Positions 1-12,192 of a DNA stretch of 64,000 nucleotides are shown here, one piece after another; within the stretch, counting starts at the first letter, position 1; each line of letters opens with the position of its first letter. A program made the translations under genes and the position numbers. The stretch comes from Cyanophora paradoxa CCMP329. Lineage: Eukaryota > Plantae > Glaucophyta. The stretch is taken from NCBI GenBank assembly GCA_004431415.1, contig QPMI01000542.1:62001-126000 (forward strand), written 5' to 3'. Below the pieces are notes generated by a model. That model did not search any database and was not told where the DNA came from. It saw nothing but the letters and a program-made list of their open reading frames with translations.

Positions 1-840
1 GCAGCTTCGCCAGCAGCGCTAATCCGCGGCGGGGAGAGCCCCTGGCAGTGGACGTGGTTAAAGGAGACGCGGCGGCGCTCGTAGCGTTCGGTCGGAAGCT
101 CATCGAGGACGGCCTGGTCCCTGACGTCCCGCCGGGTAGCGCCAGCAGGGTACCGGACAGGGTGATCCTCTGGTCGCAGACGAAGGTGGTGCCTCTGGAC
201 TGCGCGTACGTGGCGCGGCTCCGGGGCAGCGGCGAGGCGGTCGCGGCGGCGCGCGTGGTCGAGAACGTCCTGAGGAGCTTCACGGTCAACAAGTACTACC
301 TGCGGCGCGGCATCGGGCGGCAGCTCCTCGAGCACCTCGAGCTGCAGTGCCATCTCGAGTACGCTGGCGCGAAGTCCTTGAAGGTGCGCGGGGCCGGGCG
401 CCCCGAGGCCGCGCTGCCCCTAGGCCTGGCGGGTGGCCCTCGCCTATAGCTAGACAAGTCGCCGGGCGGCCCTGATCGTCGGGCGCCGGCCGGCGACGCA
501 ACTGCAACCAGGTCGCCGACCCGCCCCTCGAGCTGCAGCCTTTCTTGACTCGCATGGGCTACGTCAAGGACCCCGATTTCGACGTCGAGAAGAGCCTCGA
601 GAAACACACGGTGAATCAGCTTAAAAGCTTCTCTGCATATATTATTATAACCTTCGAGTTGCTGCCTACCTACTCAGTGACTCACAATTGATCGCTCAGG
701 TGATCCCCATACCGATCCTCGGCTACGCCTTCGCCCGGATCGACCTGGCCGCCCCTTTAAAAGAGCTGTGGCACCTCCCCTCGGCCTCCGCGAAAGTCGC
801 TCGGGCCGAGTCCCGAGCAAAGAAGCGCGCCGTGCAGTAA
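1..840 (+). CDS. GNAT-family acetyltransferase, 5'-partial, multi-exon
   Basis: Acetyl-CoA-binding motif A-like VNKYYLRRGIGRQLLEHLE. After the GT..AG intron at 384-510 the frame gives QPFLTRMGY, a motif B-like segment. Last exon ends at TAA 838-840. Paralog of the gene at 2047-3270. Confidence 0.65.
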
Positions 841-1003
841 AACAACTATATTAAAATATTAGACGGGATTTACATATGCATGCCCCGCCGGGATTAACAA
901 GGGCGCCCCCCACGGGCCACGGTAGTCCCGCGGCCGAGGGGGAGGGGGAAGCCCGAAGGCCGCACGGGGTAGCCCACACCTGCACACGTTTGCGAGCGGA
1001 AGC

Positions 1004-1628
1004 TCAAGAGAGAACCCGAATCTGCGAATCGCCGAAGCCCGGAGCGAGCGCACCGGGGGTGCGGGGCGCGCGCGTCAGCGCCGGTGACGCTCGGGGCGGC
1101 AGCGCGGCGGGCAACGAGCGAACGAAGCGCGGGATCGAATCCGGATCGAAGCTGCCTGGGGCGGGCGGGAGCCCCGGGCCCGCGCGCACCAAACAAATCC
1201 GTGATCTCAATGATGAGAGAGTCGGCGCCACCCGAGTTGGGCGGGACGGTCCCGCCGCTGAGCGACGCCGGCGAGGCGGCGGGCGGCGCGGCCGGCGCGT
1301 CGCCGGCGTAGAACAGGACCGTCCCCGAGCGCTGGCGGCCGCGGAGCCGCACCCAGAACTCGACCGCGAAAGCCGAGTCGCCGAACGGGAGTGGCGGGAG
1401 CACAACGCCCGAGGGCGGGTTCGTGGGCGTCAGCACGAGCTCGCCTGCCGGAGCGGAGCCCGCGCGGTCAGCGGGGGCGCGGGCCGGGGCCGCTAAAGCT
1501 TCGAGGGGGCAGGCGACGCGGACCTGCGGCCGGGGACGGGGCGAGGGCGAAGAGGGCGAGGCATGTGGCCAGCAGCACGGTCGCGCACCAATGCCCTCTC
1601 GCGGCTGCCATGCCGGTGGCAGCCGCAT
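1004..1628 (-). CDS. Possible short gene or fragment with a LamG/concanavalin-like segment
   Basis: Peptide LPFGDSAFAVEFWVRL...SGTVLFYAGD resembles the FTVEFWVR strand of LamG-like domains. Exon structure not resolved. Confidence 0.3.
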
Positions 1629-2046
1629 GCCGCGCCGCACCGGGCATCGTAGCTCACTTGGAGCTAGCTGCTGCTGCTGCTGCTGCACGGCCGAGCAGTT
1701 CGTTCGGGCATCGGGAAGTTTATCGGCAGGAGCCAGGCGAATGCGCCGCGCCCCGCCGTTGCACGCGAAGGCTGTCCTTATCCGGAAGCCCGAACGCCAG
1801 CAGGTGCCACGAAAGGCGCTATCAGTGCCTATCACAGTGCTGGCTAGCTCCGCTGGTGCGCCCGGGGCGCGAATCACAACAGTGGCACTTCCCCAGACGG
1901 GTACAACGGCCTTGCCCTCGAGCACTGGCGTTCGGTCGCTGTCGAGCGGCTGTTCGAGGTTGGCGTCGCCGAGGCGGATCCGGTGCGTGTGCGTCCGCCG
2001 CCGGAGCCGCTCGGGCGCTCATCGCGCGTCGCGCTCGCAGGATGCG

Positions 2047-3270
2047 ATGTCGCGCGCCGCGCACGTTCTCCGCCTGGCGGGCTCGGCGGGAAGGAGTGCA
2101 TCTACATTACCTCGTATTCAGGCATCCAGGCTCGCAGCTCGTTTCGGTTGCGCCGCGCCGGCGGTCCAGCCAGCGGCCTTGAAACGATGCGCGGCGGCCG
2201 TGCGCGGCGGCTGGAGCGGAGCGCTGCGGTTCAGCAGCACCTCGCGACCAGCACCGCCGGCCCTCGCATCGCGGCGCCTGCACGTCACAGGCCCCAGCAC
2301 TGCGGAGGCGGCGCGGGCGGCGCCGCCGGATTCGCGCAAGCCTGACGAGGAGGTCGAGGAGGAGGAGGAGGAGAAAGAGGCGGAGAGCTCGGAGGCTCGT
2401 GAGCCCCTGGAGGTCGACGTGCTTTGGATGGACGGCGACGCGCTCGTGGACTTTGCGCGAAACCTCTACGAGATCGACCCCAAGAGCCCCTTCTTCGACT
2501 TTCCGAACCACCCCTCCGGCATCGCCGTCTGGCCCGAAGAACCCGACGAGATGGACGACTTTGAGCTCGAGATGACGCTCACGGATCTGGTACCCCTCCA
2601 CTGCTACTACGTCGCCCGACTCCGGCCGAAGCCGAAGACGGGGGGGAAGAAGAAGGAGGAGGGGGAGGAGGAGGAGGAGGAGGGGGGGGAGCCGACGGTC
2701 GCGTGCGCCCGCGTTGTTGGCAACATTCTCAGGAGCCTGGACGTGATCGAGGGCTTCCGGGGCCGCGGCATCGGCAAGCAGCTCCTGGAGTACGTCGAGA
2801 AGCAATCCATAGAAGATTACGATCTGCCCTTGATGGTGCGCGTCGCTGATTTCTCTTCAAGTCTCGCGCGCGCGCGCGTTTCTCCGAGTCTGATCTGATC
2901 TGATCTGAGTCTGAGCATTGGATCGTCAGATTGGGGACCCTCGCGAGGACCAGAAGCCCTTCTTCACGCACATGGGGTACGAGAAGAGACCCGACTTCGA
3001 CCCCAGCTCGCCCGAGTTCGTGAAGCGCAAGAAGCAGGTACCTCCTACCCCCCCACCCCCGGCCCTGTAATCTCTCCCCCTCTGAGAAGAATCGATCTCG
3101 CGCAGTTCGTCGGCTTCGAGATCTTCGGGAAGAAGTTCGGGTACGATGGCCTCGACGTCTCCGTACCCGACCGGGAGATCTGGTGGCGCCCGGCCGCCTA
3201 TCAAGGCGTCGATCTCGAGGAGGGGGAGGAGGGCGAGGACGAGGAGGACCGGCCGCGTCGCCTCCCGTGA
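2047..3270 (+). CDS. GNAT-family acetyltransferase with Arg/Ser-rich, organelle-presequence-like N-terminus, 3 exons
   Basis: VACARVVGNILRSLDVIEGFRGRGIGKQLLEYVE (motif A) and QKPFFTHMGY after the intron. Introns at ~2836-2929 and ~3038-3105. Stop TGA 3268-3270. Confidence 0.7.
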
Positions 3271-4132
3271 CCGAGCTCGAGGCCCGAGGGGGAGCCCGCG
3301 GGCTCGGCGGCTCCGGATCCCCCGCCCTGCTAGCGCTCGCGCTTCATGATTAGGCTAGCGCTCCAGACTAGTATTTCTGCAGCTAGGCGCCAGCTTGTAG
3401 CTAGCTATAGGAACCTATAGCTAGACCCAGCACCCAAGGACAGCGCTCGATCGCGAATCGGCGAATCCGAATTCGATCAATATCGGCGACTTGTATTATT
3501 TACGCACATGCCAGCGCGCGCCACGCCCCGGCCCGGCCCGGGCGCCGGCGCGGGCTGCGAACGCGCGTGTACATGTGCATATGCATGCACGTGGCGCGAT
3601 TGACCACATGCACGGACATCAATTCGAAGGCCGGAACCAGAGATACTACTCGGATAAATTTTACCGTAGTGCATTTGTTCGTCGACATGTTAACGTTACA
3701 AGGCAGGAGCTTGCCGCGCTGAAGCCTTACATTAAGAGCTCAGAGAAAGTCCTGCACGCATGGGGAAACCGTGGCCGGGGGCCGGCTTGAAATGGGCGGC
3801 GCGGCACGAGGCATATTTACAGGAGAAGGAAAGAAGAGAGAACATGTTTATGTTTACATGCGGGCTTTGCTGCGGAAAGAGGTATTCAGCCGGAAACAGC
3901 TAGCTAGCCACTCACCCCTTCTACAAACGAAGCCCGAGATTTTACAGGAGGAAAATTGGTCCGTACGAGTACAACAACGGTGTTTTGAAAGTAAAGTTAT
4001 AAAGCATAGCAAGCAGGATAGAGAGGTCGGTCTGTACATTTAGGAACGAAACGATGCGGGCATTACAGGGATTCACAACTGGCGCTAGCTACAGCTAGGA
4101 AAGAAGCGTTCGCGAAGAGGAGGGGCTACCTA

Positions 4133-5776
4133 TCACTGGCCCTTCTTCTTCTTGCGGCGGGCGGCCTTGCCGAGGGGCGCGGCGGGCGCCAGGACAGCCT
4201 CGTCGGCCTCCTCCGCGGCCGGCGTGAAGGCGGAGCCGGCGCGGAGGCTGTCCTCCTCGCCGCCCGACGTCGACGGGCCGCCGGCGCCGCCGCCGCTCGA
4301 GGGTGCCCGCCGCTCCTCCTCCGACGCCGAAAGGAAGGGCGAGGTCGAGGCCGAGAGGCCCGGCGAGGCCGCCGGCGCCGGCGACGGGGCCTCCTTGAAG
4401 GGGGCCACGCGGGGCGCGCGGGGCGCCGGCGCCGGCGCGATGCCCTCCAGCTGGGCCAGGCACGCGTGCAGCGCGCTCACGTCGGGCGCCGGCGGCGAGG
4501 CGAGCGGCAGGCGCCGCGGCGAGATCGCCGAGAGGGCCTCGCCGATCGACGGGCGGGCGCCGGGGTCGCCCCGCGGGGAGAGGTCGACGGGCGAGAAGGC
4601 GCGCGGGTCGGCCGCATCCAGCGCCGCCGCGAGGCCGTCCGCCGCCGCCCCGGCCCGCCCCACGAGGCCGGCGGCGTCAGGTCCGGCGGCGAGCACGCGG
4701 CCGCCCGCGAGGCGGCCCCGTCGGCCGACGCCCGCCGCGGGATAGGCGCCGCCGCCGAGCGCGGCACGGAGGACGGCGGGAGGCTCCGGCCGCCGTGGAG
4801 GGGGGGAGGGGAGACGGTCGGGGTCGCCCCCGGCGCGCTCGGGAGCCACCCGCCGACCGACGGCGCCTCCGAGGGCGTAGGCGAGTGCGATTGCCAGCGG
4901 GCTCCGGAGGGCGCCCCGCCGCTGACGGCGAAGGGCGTGCTGCCCTTCTCAAAGTGGACGCTGACCGCCGGCCGCAGGGCGTTGCAGCGCTCCACGAGCA
5001 GATTAACGAGCTCCTCCAGACGCGCGCACTGAAGGTGCTCCGGCGCAGCTCCGTCGAAGAAGCTAGCGGGGCAGGGGTCAGAAGCGGCGCGGAGCGAGCG
5101 AGCGAGGCCGGCCGCGCACTGTATGGACACTTTCCGCCCTCGGGTGTCGACGTCGAGCCTCTTTACGTTCGCATAAGAGTAAACAGCGCGTACGTCTCCC
5201 CTCCCGCCCTGCGGGTTGACTCTGCGCGGCCCATCAGTCACACGAACGACAGAAAGATAGGGAAAAGGAGGGAGTGCCTGTAGAAGAAAGAAGAGCTGAA
5301 GCAAAGAAGCCGGTGCTGTGATATGTTTGCCCAGTTCGTCCTGTAGATTGGAATGACAATGTCATCCTCCGCACGCGCCACTTTCAGCTGCGCGCGAGGA
5401 ACAGGCACAGCGCTTGAGCCGCGGAACTTGATTAAAGAAGCATTGAGTGCAGCGTACCGATGCCGAAGGACTGGCCCACAGACGAGTCGCCGATTTGTCG
5501 GCCAGAGAGGCAACAAGTCCGCCGACGGCGCCAAGAAGAGTGGCGGCGCCCGAAAGGGCCGACGAGGTCCAGTCGCTCGCTGAGGAGCCGGAATCTGTGA
5601 TGGCACGCAGCATGAGCGGCCGGCCCCCCGCGCAGAAGATTTGAAGCAACGCCTGCACCGGATGCGGCAGCCGACATGTCTCCGTCGCGGGGGCTAGTAT
5701 TATAAGATGATGAATCTGAAGCTACTGCTTGAGCTGTCCTGCAGAACGCCGTACGCGTGGCGGCTGCGAGAGACAT
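4133..5776 (-). CDS. Uncharacterised multi-exon protein (possible PH-like beta domain; Pro/Ala-rich tail ending RRKKKKGQ)
   Basis: Coherent exonic peptides (DDIVIPIYRTNWANISQHRLL; VRAVYSYANVKRLDVDTRGRKVSIQ; PDVSALHACLAQLEGI). The 3' part is conserved in copies at 35, 53 and 59 kb. Start and internal frame uncertain. Confidence 0.5.
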
Positions 5777-6023
5777 GTTCCCGCACTGCTGCGCGCCGAA
5801 GCTCTCAGAAGCCGCGGGACAGGAAACCCTCAAAGAGCCCTATGGCACCTCCTTCTCTCGCCGTAGAGGCTATCTCCGCATGGCTGCTGTGGCTGTGGCC
5901 TTATAACCGGGCGGCGGTCGCTTTGTAGGGGTAGAGCGAATCTTCAACAAAGGCGGGCACACGACGAGGGCGCGGCGAGTACGAGGAGGGAACGCGTGAC
6001 CGACATCGCACGGGGACGGGGAG

Positions 6024-7300
6024 ATGGTAGATTGGCTGACCAACGAGTGCGTTGTTCGAACCTCGTTCGAACCGCCTGTTCGGGCCGCGTCCGCGCGACC
6101 GACGCCGCGCAGTTACCGGCCCTTGACGGCGATAGATGGGGAGAAGGTCCTGATCGTCCTCCTCTCCGGCGTCTTCTGGGGGTTTGTCTCCTCAACCGAG
6201 CCGCGCAACGCACGGCCGCTGAGAGGCGCACGGCGCGCAGAGGGCTATACATGTTCCATGATCTCGTGTACAAAGCGCTTCCCGGGCGAAAGGCGTTCGC
6301 GGCGCTCCTCACGGAGGAGGACAAGGTGGAGTGGAGGAGTCGGTGCGATCTGCGGCCTGCTGCGGGCGCCGCGGGCCGTGACGCGCGTCCCCGGGCGCCA
6401 GGGTGATCTCGAACGTGCATGCGGCGGTGACCTCGGCCGTCTGCGTGTATTCCCTCACGCAGGAGGACTGGGGCGATGCGTTCCTCGCGCACCCGCCCGT
6501 GGCGACCATCGCGATGCTCGTCTCGTGCGGTTACCTCATCTACGACGCGCTTCTGGTCGTGCTGCACCACAAGCAGCTCGGCGGCGGCGGCTCCACGCTC
6601 GCGCACCACATCTCTGGCATCTTTTCCGTCGCCATCTCGCACTCGTACGGGGCCGGAAGCGTCTGCATCATCGCGTACTTCGGGACGGAGCTCACGACGC
6701 CCTGCGTCAACAACCGCTGGTTCTTCGAGAAGAGCGGCATGAAGAGCTCCAACGCGTACAAGGCGCGCCCGCCCGCGCCGCGCCCCCGCTCTCAAATCTC
6801 ACTCGACCCGCACCGCAGTTTAACGGCCTCGCGATGTGGTTCGGGTTCCTTCTCATCCGCGTATCCATCGCGCCCTGCCTCGGCTTCTACCTGTACACGT
6901 GCGCGCCGTACCCCGGCCCCTTTGCCCCCCTCCGCCCCGCCGACGCCCGCGCGGGAGCAGCCACCGGGACCAGATGATGGCGGTGCCGGTCCTCCTCTCC
7001 GCGTTCACGCTCCTCCTCTTCTTCGTCATAAACTCCCTGAACCTGTATTGGTTCTTCTTGATAACCCGCGGCATGCTCCGGCACGTCTTCCCGAAGGTAC
7101 GAATTTGATCTCTGATTTGATCCGTGTGCGGCGCGTGATTCTTGGAGCAGGCCGCGAAGGGCGAGCGGCCGGCGAAGGTGGCCAAGGAGCACAAGAGCGC
7201 GGCGCCGCCGGGGCGGGCAGCCCCTCGGGGAAGCCAGGAGTCGGGCTCGGACACCCCAGCGAAGGCCGCGCCGAAAGCGAAGGCGTCCCACAAGGACTAA
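6024..7300 (+). CDS. TLC (TRAM/LAG1/CLN8) domain membrane protein, TMEM56/TLCD-like, multi-exon
   Basis: EWRSR|VISNVHA, GYLIYD, LAHH, ELTTPCVNNRWFFEK, NGLAMWFGFLLIR and LNLYWFFLITRG are TLC hallmark motifs. Ends KASHKD*, an ER-retrieval-like tail. Confidence 0.85.
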
Positions 7301-7830
7301 TCTTAGGCTTAGCTTTTGCTTGCTTTTCGCGTGCGTAGGTAGCGCTTGCGCCCGGCCACAGGGCCGTTTTATTAATTTCGAGCCTAGGAACCTGCATGCC
7401 GGCGCGGCGGCGAGCTCAAGCCTGCGGCAGGTCGCGGGCGGCTGGGGCACTCGGCCGCGGCTTGACTATGACGTGGGCGTTTCAGCCGCTGAGCCCTAGC
7501 TACTATAGGCCTCCGCTTCATGATCAGGGCTGGCCGTTAGGGGGCTAGCTAGCGCTATATATAGAGCGCGGGGTGGCCGGATATCGATCCCCGGAGGACG
7601 CGTTCGGCGGAAGCTTGAAGCTCAAGCCCCTAAGGCCTCTAGATCTACAGCTAACAAGTTCGAAGCTGTACATCACAGGGCATGTATACGTACGTATACT
7701 AGATCGATCCCATTTCGCATTCGCTGTACATGTACATGCGAGCCGCATGCCCCACTAATTAAATATTTATAACTATGCCCTAGAGGCCCCGGCTATAGCT
7801 AGGGTGGGCCCCGGGGACGGTCCGAGCGGG

Positions 7831-8739
7831 CTAGAGGAAGCCCAGGGCGAGGTCGGCCTCGGCGGCCTCGAGCTCGCCGTCGAGCCCCGCGAGCTCGAGC
7901 TCGAGCTCGAGCTCGAGCTCGGGGCCGAGCTCGAGGGCCGCCGGGTCGACGTCGATCTGGGCGCTGCTCGAGGTCATGTTCTTGAGGAACTCCTCGAGGT
8001 TGACCTGCCCGTCCCCGTCGAAGTCCGCCTCCCGAACCATCTCGTCCAACTGCGCATGCATATGCGCTTCCCTATCAGACCGGGCCGGGGGGCCGGGGGG
8101 CCCTAGATCGGGTCCGGGAGCAGGTAGCGGGCGCACCTCTTCGGTTGTGAGCCGCTCGCCCAAGTTAGTCATCACGTGGCCGTACTCGCTTGCCGAGATG
8201 TAAGAATTCTGCGGGCGGCCGCAGGTACCCGGTGCTCGCCAATGAGGGCGGGCAGGCGGATTCGGGGCCGCGCATGCCTATGCGCACCCCGTCTTTATCG
8301 AACACTTTGAAGGCTTCCACAAGCTCGTCCTCGACATCCGTATCCATCATTTCGCGTCCCATGAGCACAAGGTACTGAAAGCGCGCGGAGCGAGCGCGCC
8401 GCGGCACGGTTCGCGGGTCAGAGCGCGGCGATCAACTGCAAAGGTTAAAAGCTTACCTCCGGGAAGTCAACGGTGCCGTTCCCGTCTGCGTCGACGCGGT
8501 TGATCATGTCCCTGGTCGCGGCCCAGTAAGCGATTGGAGAGCCACGCGTACGCGTGCGAAATACGATCTATATATATGTGCACGTACTGGAGCTCAGCCG
8601 CCGTCGGATTCTGGCCGAGAGACTGCATGAACGCGGCGAGCTCCTTCGAAGTGATTGTCCCGTCGCCGTCCTGATCGTACTGGTCGAACGCCCTTCTGAA
8701 CTCCGCAATATCCTCCTCCCGAAGTTCCTCCGATGCCAT
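7831..8739 (-). CDS. Calmodulin-like protein, 4 EF-hands, with acidic C-terminal extension, ~5 exons
   Basis: [26 protein letters not shown]...LGQNPT; [18 protein letters not shown]; [10 protein letters not shown]; [13 protein letters not shown]; [20 protein letters not shown]. Colinear with calmodulin but divergent. Confidence 0.9.
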
Positions 8740-9080
8740 CTGCGCACGAAACGCATCAGTCTACGTCTTCAGAGAACGCTAGGCCTAAGCCGCCCGCCGC
8801 CGGGCCGGGCAGATGCAAAGCCACCGTACGGCGCCGCGTCAGATCCAGCGGACTGTGCGCGTCCGGGCGGCGTCCACGCACCGGTTCAAAAGATCGCTAG
8901 CTGATGAGACTTTGGATAAGCGCTGAGGGTTGCTGGCTGAGGGGCGGCGAAGAGGTCGGAGACAGATTGTACCCCGGCGCCAGCTGGATTCCCCGGTCGA
9001 ATCCGTCCTACCCCTGCGTGAGACAGCGCAGGCGCGAGCGGCACACGCGCACTAGGCGCGTTACATCAGGCACGTGCCCG

Positions 9081-11867
9081 ATGGCCCCGGCGCTCCTCAC
9101 GAGCGGCAGCTTTCACGCCATCGACGCGGCGTGGTTTGCGCAGCGTACGTGCGCGCGCGGGAGCGCGCTCGAGCGGCACTCATCCTGCTCATTCTCAGAC
9201 AAGGATCTGTGCCTGCTGCAGCGGGTCGCGGAGCACGCGGCGGCGGATGACAAGGCTGTCGCCATCGCCTGCGGGGCGAGCGGGCGCGACTGGACCTTTG
9301 CCGACGTCTTGCGACACGCCGCGCACGTCGCGAGGGAGCTCGGGTGCGCCGGCGGCCGTACGGTGGCGCATACTTCGCTGACTTCGATTCGGCGTCCGGC
9401 AGGGCGCTGCAGCTAACGGAGGGCGCGACGGACGATGCGCCTGAGCCCAGAGTGGCGTTCCTGTACGGTCTGAGCTTCGACTACGTCGCAGTGCAGGTCT
9501 GTCCTAGTCGCCCGTCAGCGCGCACGCGCCCTCGCACGCTCACGCGACGCGACGCGCAGTTCGGCATCTGGCACGCGGGCTGCGTCGCCGTACCCCTGTG
9601 CGACTCGCACCCCGCCCCGGAGGTGCTCGCGCCCCGGCGCCGGCGCCGCGACCACCCGGTAACCCGGGGGGGCGGAGCGCAGCTGGAGTACTACATCGCG
9701 GACTCGGGGGCAAAGGTCGTCCTCTGCGAGCCTGTACGCCCCTCTCACCCCCCCCCCACTCTCCCCCCCCCACCCCTCTGACCCGAGTGCAGCGGTTCGG
9801 AGCACTGCTGCGGCCCGTCTGCGCGAAGCTGGGCGTACCCCTCCGCGAGCTGGAGCCCCGGAGTCTGGACCCGGCGCCGGAGGCGGGCCGCCCGCCCGCC
9901 CTGGGCGCCTCGCGGCGGGCGCTGGTCATCTACACGAGCGGCACGACCGGTCGCCCGAAGGGCGCCGTCCACAGGCGCTTACGCGTACCCCCCCCCATCT
10001 GACATCTGCTAACCAGCTTGCTCAGGCACGGGGGCCTGCGGGCGATGGCGGCGTGCCTTGCCGGCGGCTGGCAGCTCTCGCCCCGGGACCGGACTCTTCA
10101 CTCCCTACCCCTCCACCACATCCACGGTGGGCGCTCTTCGCCCGAGCCTTCCCCCCCCCCCCCGCTCCCCCCCCTTCTCCCTTACCCCCCGCCCCCCCTT
10201 CTCCCTTACTCCTCCCCCCCTGCCCAGGCATCGTGGCGAGCCTAAACGCGTCGCTGTGGGCCGGCGCCGCCGTGGAGATGGTGCCCCGCTTCTCCCCCGC
10301 TGCCGTCTGGGGCGCGATCTCCCGCCCCGCCGCCGCCGCCCCGCCCACCGTCTTCATGGCGAGTCCCCCCCCCGCTCCGCCTTCCCTCGCCTAGTAACCG
10401 GGGTACGCAGCACGTACCGGCGGGGTACGCGAAGCTGGTCGAGGCGCACGCGGCGATGCCGCCGGCCGAGGCGGCCGCGTGCGCCGCCGCCGCCGCCCGG
10501 CTCCGCCTCTTCGTCAGCGGCAGCGCCGCCATGGCCCGTGCGCATGTACCCCCTCTCTCCCATCCACTCGTCTACCCCGCCGCGGTTCATTCCCCCCCCC
10601 CTCGTCGCTTCTGCAGAGCCGCTGGCGGAGCGGTGGCGGAGCATCTCGGGCCACGACATTCTTGAGCGCTGGTACCCCCCTCCCCTTCATCTGGACCTGT
10701 ACCCCGCGCCCCTCACCTGTACCCCCGCGCTTTGCAGGGGCATGACCGAGGTGCGAGGCTAGGGGCCTGGTCCCAGGCCCAGCGGCGGGGTACAGGCCCG
10801 TGAGCGGCGGCTCGGGGCGGGGTACAGGTCGGGCTCGCGATCTCGAACCCGTTGAACGGCCCGCGCACGCCGGTGAGCATGCGCGCGCGCCCCGCCCCGC
10901 CCCGTCCCGTCCTGACAAGAGCGCAGGGGGCCGTCGGCCGGCCGCTGCCGGGGTACGAGGTTCGGCTGGTGCGGGGCGGCGCGGGCGAGGGGGAAGGGGG
11001 GAACGCCGGCGGCCATGGCGAGGAGGTGGAGTGCGGGGAGGAGGGGGAACCCGGCGAGATCCGCGTCCGGGGCCCCCAGGGCGCGCCCCACCGCCCGCCC
11101 CCATTTCCTTTCAATTCGATGGCTCGCTGATTCGATCCGCAGTCTTCGGGGAGTACTGGGGCCGTCCCGCGGAGACGGCGGCCGCGTTCGATTCCCAGGG
11201 GTTCTTTAAAACGGGGGATACCGGAATCGTGGAGGGCGGCCTCGTCCGCATCCTCGGCCGCACCTCCGTCGACATCATCAAGTCGGCGGGGTACAAGGCG
11301 CGCCGCCGCCTCCCTCCGCCCGCCCGCTCCGCGTACCCCCCTCCCCTCCGCTCTCATACACTTTACCCCCATCCACCACAGATCAGCGCGCTGGAGGTGG
11401 AGCGGGTCCTCCTGGCGCACCCCTCCGTCCTCGAGTGCGCTCTGCCCGCCCCCCCCCCCCCGCCCCCCCCCCCCCTCCCCCAACTTCTTCCAGGGGTACA
11501 CGTTGGCCCCGCTTCGCTCCCTCCCTGAGCGGGCGGGCCCGGCCCGTCCCGCAGGTGCGCCGTCATCGGGCGCGACGACGCCGTCTACGGCCAGACTGTT
11601 GCCGCCGTGGTGCGCGCGATCCATCCAGCGCTACCCTTCCAAATTACCGCTTTGCCGCCACGATCGATATCGCCCTGGTCCTGACGGCTCGGCGAAGGTC
11701 GTGTGGCGGCCGGGGGCGGCGGTGCCGAGCCTGGAGGAGGTGCGGGCGTTCTGCCGGGGGGAGCTGGCGCCCTACAAGTGCCCGCGGGAGGTCCTGGCGG
11801 CCGGCGAGCTGCCCCGCAACGCCATGGGCAAGGTCAACAAGACGGAGCTCGCCCGGCTCTTCGAGTA
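9081..11867 (+). CDS. ACSF3: AMP-binding acyl-CoA synthetase, malonyl-CoA synthetase (ACSF3/AAE13/MatB) type, many exons
   Basis: [12 protein letters not shown]-loop, [39 protein letters not shown]|[25 protein letters not shown]. Confidence 0.88.
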
Positions 11868-12192
11868 GTTATATGTAGAAGAACGTACACAGAAGCTGTA
11901 GAGCTTTCAAACCCGTGTGGAGCTCAGCGGCTTGCGGGCAAATGGCAGTGTCGTACTCGAACGCGCGCGTGTGCACTGCGCGCGGCATGAGTGACAGCGC
12001 GAGGAGCGCGCACACATGTACAGCGTCGCATCTGATGATAATGGCATGCGCATAGCGAACAATCGATGCGCCGGCCGGCTGCAGATGCGCATGCGGCGCC
12101 AAGCACGCTTGCCGAGTTGCGCTGTACCCGTCCGTCAGTCATTAGATCTAGAAAGCCTCGGCAGTTACACCGGCAGTTAGGACACAGGTGAC

